This document shows positions 7,900-15,451 of a stretch of DNA of 32,000 nt, piece by piece. The notes beneath the pieces were generated by a model, which was not told the origin of the DNA, did not search any database, and was given only the letters and a program-made list of their open reading frames with translations. A program made the position numbers and the translations under genes. The stretch is from Candidatus Saccharimonadota bacterium. GTDB lineage: Bacteria; Patescibacteriota; Saccharimonadia; Saccharimonadales; Saccharimonadaceae. Numbering within the stretch: the stretch's first letter is position 1; each line of letters starts with the position of its first letter. The DNA lies in assembly GCA_002421785.1 (NCBI GenBank), contig DIRZ01000002.1:330001-362000 (forward strand), in the 5' to 3' direction.

Positions 7900-8238
7900 A
7901 TGGACATTCTCGGTATCGCGTATATGGTCGCCTCAACGTCACAAATAGTGGCTGGGGTTCCACACATAACCAAAGTTATTCGTGCCAAGAGCTCGAAAGA
8001 ACTGAGCCTCACGTCGTGGGGCTCTTGGTCTATCACACAGTTTGTATGCCTGGCCTATACCATCAGCACGGGTGAGTTCGTGTTGATGTCAATGTCGGCG
8101 CTGTGGACGCTGTACTATATGATTATGATGACCTTTATCGCGTATTACCGCTGGCCTCAGTACTTCAAGTCGCCGTTTACCCGGCTACGAGTTCGGCCAC
8201 AGGTTGCTCGGGTCGATACCACTGACGTCCCGTCATAG
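7900..8238 (+). CDS. PQ-loop / SemiSWEET-like three-TM membrane protein (112 aa)
   Basis: Three hydrophobic helices. The segment GVPHITKVIRAKSSKELSL resembles the PQ-loop motif, with PH in place of PQ. Start moved to Met 7900 because the 7822 start overlaps the promoter. Confidence 0.55.
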   Translation: MDILGIAYMVASTSQIVAGVPHITKVIRAKSSKELSLTSWGSWSITQFVCLAYTISTGEFVLMSMSALWTLYYMIMMTFIAYYRWPQYFKSPFTRLRVRPQVARVDTTDVPS

Positions 8239-8273
8239 GGAATAGCTGGCGGGAACAAAAAGCATAACCGGTA

Positions 8274-8302
8274 TTGCATTTTGTGGTAATTTATGCTACA
8301 AT
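8274..8302 (+). promoter_or_regulatory. promoter TTGCAT-N17-TACAAT with TGC extended -10
   Basis: TTGCAT at 8274-8279 and TACAAT at 8297-8302. The spacer ends with TTTATGC. Confidence 0.6.
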
Positions 8303-8349
8303 AAGAGCATATCTATCAGATAACAAACAGGGTACAATAAATAACAGTT

Positions 8350-10584
8350 ATGGCAAAAAAGAAATCTACTCGTTCCCGCAAATCATCCCGCAAGTCTGAA
8401 GCCGTTCAGCACACACTTCCTACGGGGTTTTGGTCGCAAGTCGCTGCGTTTGTTCTGATCGCATTTTCGTTGCTGCTCGTTGTGTCGTGGTTTGGAGCGG
8501 GTGGTCCCGCGTTTAACTGGATTCGTGACGCATCGATTGACACCATTGGCTACGCGACCTACGTGCTGCCAATTATCAGCGTGTATGTTGCCGTGGCAGT
8601 GTTCCGTGTCGAAAAAAACAAGCTTCCTGCAGTCATGAAATTTGCTTCACTGCTTCTTGTAGTGTGGTTTGCATCGCTGTTTGGGCTGCTGCGCCAGGAT
8701 GGGCAGGCGAGTACGGGTGGCGTGATTGGTGATACCATGAACAGCCTGATGCTATCGCTCGTGAACATCCCGGTAGGCGCGTTTATTTACTTTTTGCTGA
8801 TTATTATTACGTCGCTGTTCGTACTGCAAAAGAACATTGGCGACGTGTTGATGGCGTTCGTACAGTTGTTTAAACGTGACCGTTCCGAAGATGACGCTAA
8901 TGTAGCGGTCATGCGTAAAGCAGCGGTTGCTGACATGAAATCGAGCGCGCCGATTGCTGATTTCAAGCTGAATGCCGGCGTGCCCATGCTGACGCCTGCC
9001 GAGCAAAAGCGCGCGCGCCTGGCGAGCCTAAAAAACAGCGTACAGCCAGACAAAGATGCCGAAGAAAAGGCCGCCATGCTGGCGGTGAGTGATCCGAACT
9101 GGCGATTTCCAAGCCTTGAACTGCTGGAAAAGAAGCAAAGCCCAGCCGACGCGGGCGATATTCAGCAGAATGCACATATTATTCAGGACACGCTACGCGA
9201 ATTTAGTATCGACGTGGAAATGGAAGGCGCCAACATTGGGCCGAAGGTAACGCAGTATACCCTGAAGCCGCCGGCAGGCATCAAGTTGAGCCGCATCACG
9301 GCGCTTGAAACCAACATCGCACTCAACCTTGCGGCCAGCAGCCTGCGCATGGAAGCGCCAATTCCTGGGCAAAAGGCCGTCGGTATCGAAGTGCCAAACC
9401 GCAAAGCTGCCGATGTGCGCATTCGCGGTATTTTGGATAGCAAAGAGTGGCGAAGCGTTGAAGAGCCACTCGGGTTCGCTGTGGGTAAGGATATTTCTGG
9501 CGCACCTGTTGTGGGTGAGCTGAACAAAATGCCCCACGTGTTGATTGCTGGACAGACGGGTAGTGGTAAGTCGGTGATGATTAATACGCTGCTTTGTAGC
9601 TTGCTGTACCGCAACGCGCCGAGTGATATGAAGCTGATTCTGGTTGACCCTAAGCAGGTAGAAATGGCGCCGTACGCGGACATTCCGCACCTGCTAACAC
9701 CCGTGATCGTCGAACCCGAAAAGACCATCAGCGCCCTCAAGTGGGCCGTGAACGAAATGGAGCGCCGCTATACGCTACTTGCGGAAGAAAAGGTCCGTGA
9801 CATCAAGAGTTATAACGACAAGGTGAAGGACAAGCATGTCAGCGTTGAAGATGACGACGGCAATATGCAGGAAGTCGACGAAGGACGAATGCCATACGTC
9901 GTGATTGTGATTGACGAGCTGGCAGACCTGATGATGGTCGCAGCGCGAGACGTTGAAGCTCTGATTGTACGCATTGCGCAGAAGGCCCGCGCAGTCGGCA
10001 TCCACTTGGTGCTGGCCACGCAGCGCCCAAGCGTTGATGTCATCACCGGACTGATTAAAGCGAATATTCCTGCTCGTATTGCCTTTACGGTAGCGAGCCA
10101 GGTTGACTCGCGTACTATTCTGGACCAGATTGGCGCCGAAAAGCTGCTGGGTCAAGGTGACATGCTGATGAAGACGGCCACAATGCCAAAGCCAAAGCGC
10201 ATCCAGGGTGCATGGGTAATGGACCAGGAAGTCGCCAAAATTACCGATCATCTGCGCATGCAGAGTGCGCCGCAGTATAACGATGAAATCATTAGCCAGC
10301 CTGTTCATTTGAACGGTAAGGGCGGCGTGGTGATGGACTTTGATCACGAAGGCGGGGATGATATGTTCCGCGATGCTGTGCAGGTCGTATTGCAGAATCA
10401 TAAAGCCAGCACGAGCCTGTTGCAGCGTAAGCTCCGCGTAGGCTACTCGCGTGCCGCGCGTATTATGGAAGAAATGGAGGAGCAGGGGATTATCGGCCCC
10501 GCAGACGGCGCGAGGCCACGTGAAGTGCTGATTAGCAGCATGTCTGACCTGGACGGTGACATGTCTGAAGACGAGCTATCGTAA
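8350..10584 (+). CDS. ftsK: DNA translocase FtsK/SpoIIIE
   Basis: N-terminal TM helices, Walker A GQTGSGKS, VVIVIDELADL, and a C-terminal gamma-like winged helix (LLQRKLRVGYSRAARIMEEME). Confidence 0.95.
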   Translation: MAKKKSTRSRKSSRKSEAVQHTLPTGFWSQVAAFVLIAFSLLLVVSWFGAGGPAFNWIRDASIDTIGYATYVLPIISVYVAVAVFRVEKNKLPAVMKFASLLLVVWFASLFGLLRQDGQASTGGVIGDTMNSLMLSLVNIPVGAFIYFLLIIITSLFVLQKNIGDVLMAFVQLFKRDRSEDDANVAVMRKAAVADMKSSAPIADFKLNAGVPMLTPAEQKRARLASLKNSVQPDKDAEEKAAMLAVSDPNWRFPSLELLEKKQSPADAGDIQQNAHIIQDTLREFSIDVEMEGANIGPKVTQYTLKPPAGIKLSRITALETNIALNLAASSLRMEAPIPGQKAVGIEVPNRKAADVRIRGILDSKEWRSVEEPLGFAVGKDISGAPVVGELNKMPHVLIAGQTGSGKSVMINTLLCSLLYRNAPSDMKLILVDPKQVEMAPYADIPHLLTPVIVEPEKTISALKWAVNEMERRYTLLAEEKVRDIKSYNDKVKDKHVSVEDDDGNMQEVDEGRMPYVVIVIDELADLMMVAARDVEALIVRIAQKARAVGIHLVLATQRPSVDVITGLIKANIPARIAFTVASQVDSRTILDQIGAEKLLGQGDMLMKTATMPKPKRIQGAWVMDQEVAKITDHLRMQSAPQYNDEIISQPVHLNGKGGVVMDFDHEGGDDMFRDAVQVVLQNHKASTSLLQRKLRVGYSRAARIMEEMEEQGIIGPADGARPREVLISSMSDLDGDMSEDELS

Positions 10585-11394
10585 ATCGGGTGCGCTGACG
10601 TATTCACCGAGAAGAGTGACCTCGTGGTCACTTTTTTCGATACGTTCGACGAGCTGGTAGAGCGTGTCGCCAGCGCAGTCGACAACAATGAAGAATTTGT
10701 ATTGCCACGGTGAGCCGATGATGGGCTGCGATTGCAATTTGACGAGGTTGACGCCCGCATCGGCGAATACCTGTAGCACCTCGACCAGCGCGCCTGGTTT
10801 GTGGGTAGTCGTGATAACAAGTGACGCGCGATTGGCCTGGGGGGATGTATCTGTCGCTTCGAGCACCAGAAAGCGTGTGAGGTTATTGCCGCTGTCCTGA
10901 ATGGAACGACGCAGAATCGGGAGGCTGTGAAGGCGCGCGGCTTGCTCGCCGGCAATCGCGGCCATGTGGACGTCACCTTCTGCCTTAATGAACTCAACGG
11001 CACCCGCCGTATCGAAAAACTCGATAATTTCGGCGTTTGGGAGGTGAGTCTTGAGGAACTTGCGGCACTGGGCAAGGGCAACGGGGTGTGAATATACTTC
11101 AGTAATATCCTTGAGGGCCACACCAGGCTGCGTGATGAGCATTTGATCAATCGATAGCTTCACCTCGCCAATAATGGGCGCCGAGCACTCTTCGATGCGT
11201 TGGTAAACTTCGTTGATGGAACCATAGAGCGTGTTTTCGACAGCGGTGACGATAGCGTCTGCTTCGCCGGCTTCGTAGGTGTCAAACACTTCGGTAAAGG
11301 TGGTGCAGGGGATGCACTCAGCCTGTGGTCCATACCATTGCCGAGCGACTTGTTCGTGGAATGAGCCTGCTTGGCCCTGAATCGCAATTCGCAT
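10576..11394 (-). CDS. pheA: prephenate dehydratase
   Basis: 272 aa with an NLTRF motif and an ACT-domain-like C-terminus (LQSQPI...WQYKFFIV). Confidence 0.88.
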   Translation of the reverse strand: MRIAIQGQAGSFHEQVARQWYGPQAECIPCTTFTEVFDTYEAGEADAIVTAVENTLYGSINEVYQRIEECSAPIIGEVKLSIDQMLITQPGVALKDITEVYSHPVALAQCRKFLKTHLPNAEIIEFFDTAGAVEFIKAEGDVHMAAIAGEQAARLHSLPILRRSIQDSGNNLTRFLVLEATDTSPQANRASLVITTTHKPGALVEVLQVFADAGVNLVKLQSQPIIGSPWQYKFFIVVDCAGDTLYQLVERIEKSDHEVTLLGEYVSAPDLR

Positions 11395-11400
11395 AGGTAC

Positions 11401-11409
11401 ATTGTATCA
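11401..11409 (-). promoter_or_regulatory. extended -10 (TGA-TACAAT) 6 nt from the pheA ATG, a candidate leaderless promoter
   Basis: Reverse complement of 11401-11409 is TGATACAAT. The ATG is the reverse complement of 11392-11394. No SD sequence. Confidence 0.4.
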
Positions 11410-11446
11410 GCTTGTGTGCGCTACAGGGGTATGATTAAATAAGCTT

Positions 11447-11986
11447 ATGCAAATGAGGGCATCAAAACAAAAAGGGTTTACTATCGTGGAGCTGCTTGTT
11501 GTTATTGTCGTTATCGCGGTGTTAGCGGCGGTAACCGTTGTGGCCTACAACGGGATGCAGCAACGCGCACAGATGAGCAAAATACGCAGCGACGTCGCGC
11601 TGTTTAGTAAGGCCATACAGGCGGCGCGGGTGAATTCGGGGGAAGTTGCCACACGCTATGTCACAGGGTCAACAGGGACAGCATCGCTGTGTGTTTCGTT
11701 ACCATCTGACGCAGATCTATCTGACAAGGTTGTGGCAGCAAACTGCTGGACTTCGTATACTAATGCGCTGAACGCTATCAGCACGGCATCGAACATTAAT
11801 ATCCGTAACCTTGTGGATCCATGGGGCCGACCGTACTTTATTGATGAGAACGAAAAAGAAGGCGTGACATTTTGCGGTAACGGCCGGGATGTCCTGGGAG
11901 CGTATCCGTTGCCGCGAACGCAATCCAGCTGGGCTCAGATGTCGGGAACTAGGATTGACGTTCCGTACGTAACGGCGGGCTGCTAA
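11447..11986 (+). CDS. type IV pilin / pseudopilin (prepilin-type N-terminal cleavage and methylation domain)
   Basis: N-terminus MQMRASKQKG|FTIVELLVVIVVIAVLAA (class III signal peptide). Cys pairs in the C-terminal region. Confidence 0.85.
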   Translation: MQMRASKQKGFTIVELLVVIVVIAVLAAVTVVAYNGMQQRAQMSKIRSDVALFSKAIQAARVNSGEVATRYVTGSTGTASLCVSLPSDADLSDKVVAANCWTSYTNALNAISTASNINIRNLVDPWGRPYFIDENEKEGVTFCGNGRDVLGAYPLPRTQSSWAQMSGTRIDVPYVTAGC

Positions 11987-12735
11987 TGAGAGGACGAGCA
12001 ATCCGCCAGGGGTTCACGATCGTTGAGCTATTAATTGTTATTGTGGTTATTGCTATTCTGGCGGTTGTTACGGTTGTTGCGTTTAATGGCGTCCAAGACA
12101 GAGCGCGGCGGACGGCGCTGTCGTCAGAAGTGGTTGCAATCGCTAAACAGCTTCGTCAAGACCAGGCAATTAATGCTGCTTACCCGGCGACGCTTGCCGA
12201 TGCGAATGGCGGCGCCGGCGTTAAAACCAATGCTGGGTTAACGCTCCGGTATTCGGTGAATAACGCAACGAATCCCCAGACGTTTTGTGTGACGGCAACC
12301 GATGGAAAGCTGAGCTACATGGTGGGTGAGGCCGGGGTTGCAAGCGAAGGTGGCTGTGTGAACGTGGCGCTGGGCTCAACAAGCCCGAATGCACTGCTAA
12401 CTGATGGCATCACGACTTCGAGCCCGTACCATAGCGGTGCGGTAGGGCTGGTATCTGTCACTGTTACGCTCCCTGCGACGCACACAATTTCGACGGTGAA
12501 GGTGTGGCATTACTATGCGGACGGGCGCCGTTACAACGCAACGCGAACAGAAGTCAGCGCAGATAACGTGACGTGGACCACTATATTCGACAGCGCATCG
12601 AGCGGTACGTATGTCGAAACCTCTGCCGGCAAGACCCATACATTTTCGGCACAACCTGTCAGGTACATTCGCGATTGGATTAACGGTTCGACAAGCAATA
12701 CAGGTAATCACTGGGTAGAAATTCAGGCGTACTAG
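11986..12735 (+). CDS. modular type IV pilin with a C-terminal discoidin (F5/8 type C, CBM32-like) domain
   Basis: N-terminus MRGRAIRQG|FTIVELLIVIVVIAILA. C-terminus VKVWHYYADGRRYNATRTEVSADNVTWTTIF...VRYIRDWINGSTSNTGNHWVEIQAY. The start shares 1 nt (TAATG) with the upstream stop. Confidence 0.85.
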   Translation: MRGRAIRQGFTIVELLIVIVVIAILAVVTVVAFNGVQDRARRTALSSEVVAIAKQLRQDQAINAAYPATLADANGGAGVKTNAGLTLRYSVNNATNPQTFCVTATDGKLSYMVGEAGVASEGGCVNVALGSTSPNALLTDGITTSSPYHSGAVGLVSVTVTLPATHTISTVKVWHYYADGRRYNATRTEVSADNVTWTTIFDSASSGTYVETSAGKTHTFSAQPVRYIRDWINGSTSNTGNHWVEIQAY

Positions 12736-12739
12736 GCAA

Positions 12740-13702
12740 ATGCGTAAGCAATCGATGCAAAAACAGGGGTTTACGGTTGTGGAATTACTGATTGTTATTG
12801 TCGTTATTGCTATTCTTGCAGTGATAACAATCGTGGCGTTTAACGGGATACAGCGACGTGCGCAGGCCGCTGCGGTGAGCAGCTCGCTGAATCATGTTGC
12901 GAAAAAGCTCAGGCTCTATCAAGTTGATAATGGAGTGTACCCACCGACTTTGGCTGATGCGGGCGTTACCGATGATGCGGTAACGTACCAATACGCTAGC
13001 ACGACAAGTACGTACTGCATAACCGGAACGCAGGGGAGCACGAGCCTGTATGTCAGTACAACCCAGCAGACGCCTACCGCCGGCGGTTGTCCTGGTCATG
13101 GGCAAGGTGGGACTGCTGCGGTCACTAACTTGCTTAGTAACCCAAGCGTGGAATTGAGTGATGCTGGGCTGTATCGATGGTTCGGTAGCAGCCCGGGTGC
13201 GGGCATCAATGAGCGGGTCGCTTCTATAGGGTTAAATGGGGGATATGCGGTGCGAAAAACGTGGTCCGTGTCGCCAGGTACTTCAGCGGATGCAGGATTT
13301 CAGTGGGCGTATTCAGCACCGACGGTTGGTCAAACCTACACCTGCTCGGCATATGCGACGGCTTCTGTGAATCAACAGATGCATGCACGGCTTGAATTTT
13401 ATGATATAGCCAACACGCGCTTTGCTAATGCAAATGGCGGCACAATGTCGGTATCGGCGAATACGCTGACCCGTATGAATGTGACGGGGACCGTGCCAGC
13501 TAATACCGTTCGTTTGCAATGTGTTGTGGAGGTAGCTACTGGTGGTTCATACGTGAACTTTGTGCCGGGGAATAGCATGTGGGCAGATGCAGCTATGCTA
13601 ACAGAAGGAACCACGCTTCATCCTTACGCCGATGGGGCGTCTTCAAACTGGGTTTGGAATGGTGCGACCCATGCGTCAACCTCAACAGGCCCGGCCCTGT
13701 AA
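12740..13702 (+). CDS. modular type IV pilin with a C-terminal CBM4/9-like jelly-roll module
   Basis: N-terminus MRKQSMQKQG|FTVVELLIVIVVIAILA. C-terminus TNLLSNPSVE...W...MWADAAMLTEGTTLHPYADG. Confidence 0.85.
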   Translation: MRKQSMQKQGFTVVELLIVIVVIAILAVITIVAFNGIQRRAQAAAVSSSLNHVAKKLRLYQVDNGVYPPTLADAGVTDDAVTYQYASTTSTYCITGTQGSTSLYVSTTQQTPTAGGCPGHGQGGTAAVTNLLSNPSVELSDAGLYRWFGSSPGAGINERVASIGLNGGYAVRKTWSVSPGTSADAGFQWAYSAPTVGQTYTCSAYATASVNQQMHARLEFYDIANTRFANANGGTMSVSANTLTRMNVTGTVPANTVRLQCVVEVATGGSYVNFVPGNSMWADAAMLTEGTTLHPYADGASSNWVWNGATHASTSTGPAL

Positions 13703-13737
13703 GATGGTGCGAGGTTGAAGATGTTTCATGCTTACGC

Positions 13738-13743
13738 TATGAT
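13738..13743 (+). promoter_or_regulatory. -10 box TATGAT 6 nt from the ATG of the fourth pilin gene
   Basis: TATGAT at 13738-13743 and ATG at 13750. No SD sequence. Confidence 0.3.
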
Positions 13744-13749
13744 ACAACT

Positions 13750-14256
13750 ATGAAAAGACGATGGATTGACCGAGGGTTTACGGTAATTGAGTTACTGATG
13801 GTCATTGTGATAATTGCTGTTCTGGCTGTGGCGACGGCAGTGACGTACCGTGGCGTGCAGGACCGAGCAAAAGACGCCGTGCGGGTCCAGGACGCAGCGA
13901 TGATTAATAAAGCACTACAGGCATACAATGCCCGTAATGGGAACTACCCTAATGAGCAGAGCTCGGACTGGGAATATAGCTATAACTATCCCACAACGTT
14001 CATTTCCGCGCTCGTAGCTAGTGACACTGTCAACGCGGTACCGGTCGACAAGGTCAACACACTCAGTGGTGGCTACTATCGTTACTACCGTTATACGGCC
14101 GGTAATTATAGTTGCGATGCGACCAAGGGCGATTTTTATGTGTTCCAAATCATTAAGCCGGGCGGGGGACAGTCGCCGCAGTCACCGGGGTTTAGCTGTA
14201 GTGGTCGTAACTGGGCGTCAGAAGCCTGGTATACGATGGGCGGCTACCAGCTGTAA
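13750..14256 (+). CDS. type IV pilin / pseudopilin (168 aa)
   Basis: N-terminus MKRRWIDRG|FTVIELLMVIVIIAVLA and an NGNYP motif. Start moved to the internal Met because the track ORF 13579 start overlaps the previous pilin gene. Confidence 0.8.
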   Translation: MKRRWIDRGFTVIELLMVIVIIAVLAVATAVTYRGVQDRAKDAVRVQDAAMINKALQAYNARNGNYPNEQSSDWEYSYNYPTTFISALVASDTVNAVPVDKVNTLSGGYYRYYRYTAGNYSCDATKGDFYVFQIIKPGGGQSPQSPGFSCSGRNWASEAWYTMGGYQL

Positions 14257-14286
14257 ACGCGTGGGGTGCTTCAACACAATAAACAC

Positions 14287-14315
14287 TAGTCAATTCTGCC
14301 ATAATCTGGTATACT
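14287..14315 (+). promoter_or_regulatory. candidate promoter TAGTCA-N17-TATACT with TGG extended -10
   Basis: TAGTCA at 14287-14292 and TATACT at 14310-14315, preceded by TGG. Confidence 0.4.
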
Positions 14316-14387
14316 TATAAGGTTATTAACCTAAGGTTGCCCACATGTGAGGTAACCATCCATACGGATTCCAAAGGAGGTATCTAT
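14316..14387 (+). promoter_or_regulatory. structured rpsF 5' leader, a candidate S6:S18 autoregulatory element
   Basis: 13-nt palindrome AGGTTA-T-TAACCT (14320-14332). Hairpin GGTTGCCCA-CATG-TG(A)GGTAACC (14335-14357). SD AAAGGAGG at 14373-14380. Confidence 0.3.
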
Positions 14388-14747
14388 ATGAAGGAATATG
14401 AACTAACTGTTCTTATCCACCCCGATCTGGAAACAGATCTCGAAGCGCCACTCGAAAAAGTGCGCACACTTGTTACTGCGAACGGCGGTAACGTTATTAA
14501 AGAAGACAACCAGGGCAAAAAGCGCTTGGCATACCGAATCAAGGGCGAAGATTTTGCCGTTTATGTATACATGGACGTTGAACTTCCTGCTGAAGCACTG
14601 CTAAAAATTAGCAACACGCTTAATATCACCGACGAAGTACTTCGCTACCTGCTCGTCAAAGTTGACGAAAAGGGCCGCGCATTGCTTGCTGAAGCAAAAG
14701 AACGAGCGAAGAATAACGATAACGCCGAAGACGACAGCGAAGAGTAA
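14388..14747 (+). CDS. rpsF: 30S ribosomal protein S6
   Basis: MKEYELTVLIHPDLE... with an acidic tail. Strong SD. Start moved to Met 14388. Confidence 0.95.
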   Translation: MKEYELTVLIHPDLETDLEAPLEKVRTLVTANGGNVIKEDNQGKKRLAYRIKGEDFAVYVYMDVELPAEALLKISNTLNITDEVLRYLLVKVDEKGRALLAEAKERAKNNDNAEDDSEE

Positions 14748-14782
14748 ATAGTAACCAGGGTAGGCGTAAAGGAGAGTAGGGT

Positions 14783-15235
14783 ATGGCAAAGGGATTCAAT
14801 AAAGTAACATTGATGGGTAATTTAACCCGCGACGTTGAAATGCGTACGACGCCTAGTGGTCAGTCTGTGGCGAATTTCAGCTTGGCAGTTAGCCGAAGCT
14901 GGAAAGGCCAGGACGGCCAAACTCAGGAGCAGACCAGTTTCATTAACTGTGTTGCCTGGGGCAAAGCCGGCGAGATTATCGCTCAGTACGTCAAAAAAGG
15001 TGATGCACTCCTCGTGAGTGGCCGCCTAGACCAACGTAGTTGGGATGACAAAGAGTCAGGGCAGAAGCGCTCAACTATCGAAGTGAACGTCGAAGACTTC
15101 AATTTCGTTGGCGGTAACCGTGGTGGCGACAATGCCAGCGCACCAGCCAGCAGCCCATCAAGCAGTAAAAGTAAAGATGTCGTGATTGAGGATATTGACG
15201 ATAAGCCAATCGACCTCAGCGAAATCCCATTCTAG
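14783..15235 (+). CDS. ssb: single-stranded DNA-binding protein
   Basis: OB-fold N-terminus (NKVTLMGNLTRDVEMRTTPSG), Gly/Ser-rich linker, acidic tip DLSEIPF. Conserved rpsF-ssb-rpsR gene order. Confidence 0.95.
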   Translation: MAKGFNKVTLMGNLTRDVEMRTTPSGQSVANFSLAVSRSWKGQDGQTQEQTSFINCVAWGKAGEIIAQYVKKGDALLVSGRLDQRSWDDKESGQKRSTIEVNVEDFNFVGGNRGGDNASAPASSPSSSKSKDVVIEDIDDKPIDLSEIPF

Positions 15236-15247
15236 GAGATAAGAATT

Positions 15248-15448
15248 ATGATGAAACGATTTAAAAAAGACGCACCTGCGTTTTTCGACTACAAAGATGC
15301 GAAAACACTCATGCGCTATATCAATGTGTATGGTCAGATTGAGCCAATCAGCAAAACTGGTCTAAGCGCTAAGCAGCAGCGCCAGCTTGCAGTCGCGATT
15401 AAGCGCGCACGTCACCTTGCGTTGATGCCATTCGTAGCGCAGGGCTAG
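15248..15448 (+). CDS. rpsR: 30S ribosomal protein S18
   Basis: [50 protein letters not shown]. The start could equally be 15251. Confidence 0.95.
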   Translation: MMKRFKKDAPAFFDYKDAKTLMRYINVYGQIEPISKTGLSAKQQRQLAVAIKRARHLALMPFVAQG

Positions 15449-15451
15449 TCG

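Noticed and set aside
8559-10401. Multiple minus-strand ORFs (for example 9183..9740 and 9775..10401) and small plus-strand ORFs inside ftsK
   Set aside because: They are antisense or alternative-frame ORFs within a gene that has a clear FtsK domain order.
10443-11150. 235-aa minus-strand ORF overlapping pheA in another frame
   Set aside because: The pheA frame (10576..11394) carries the recognisable prephenate dehydratase and ACT motifs. This frame is Ser/Pro/Arg-rich with no motif.
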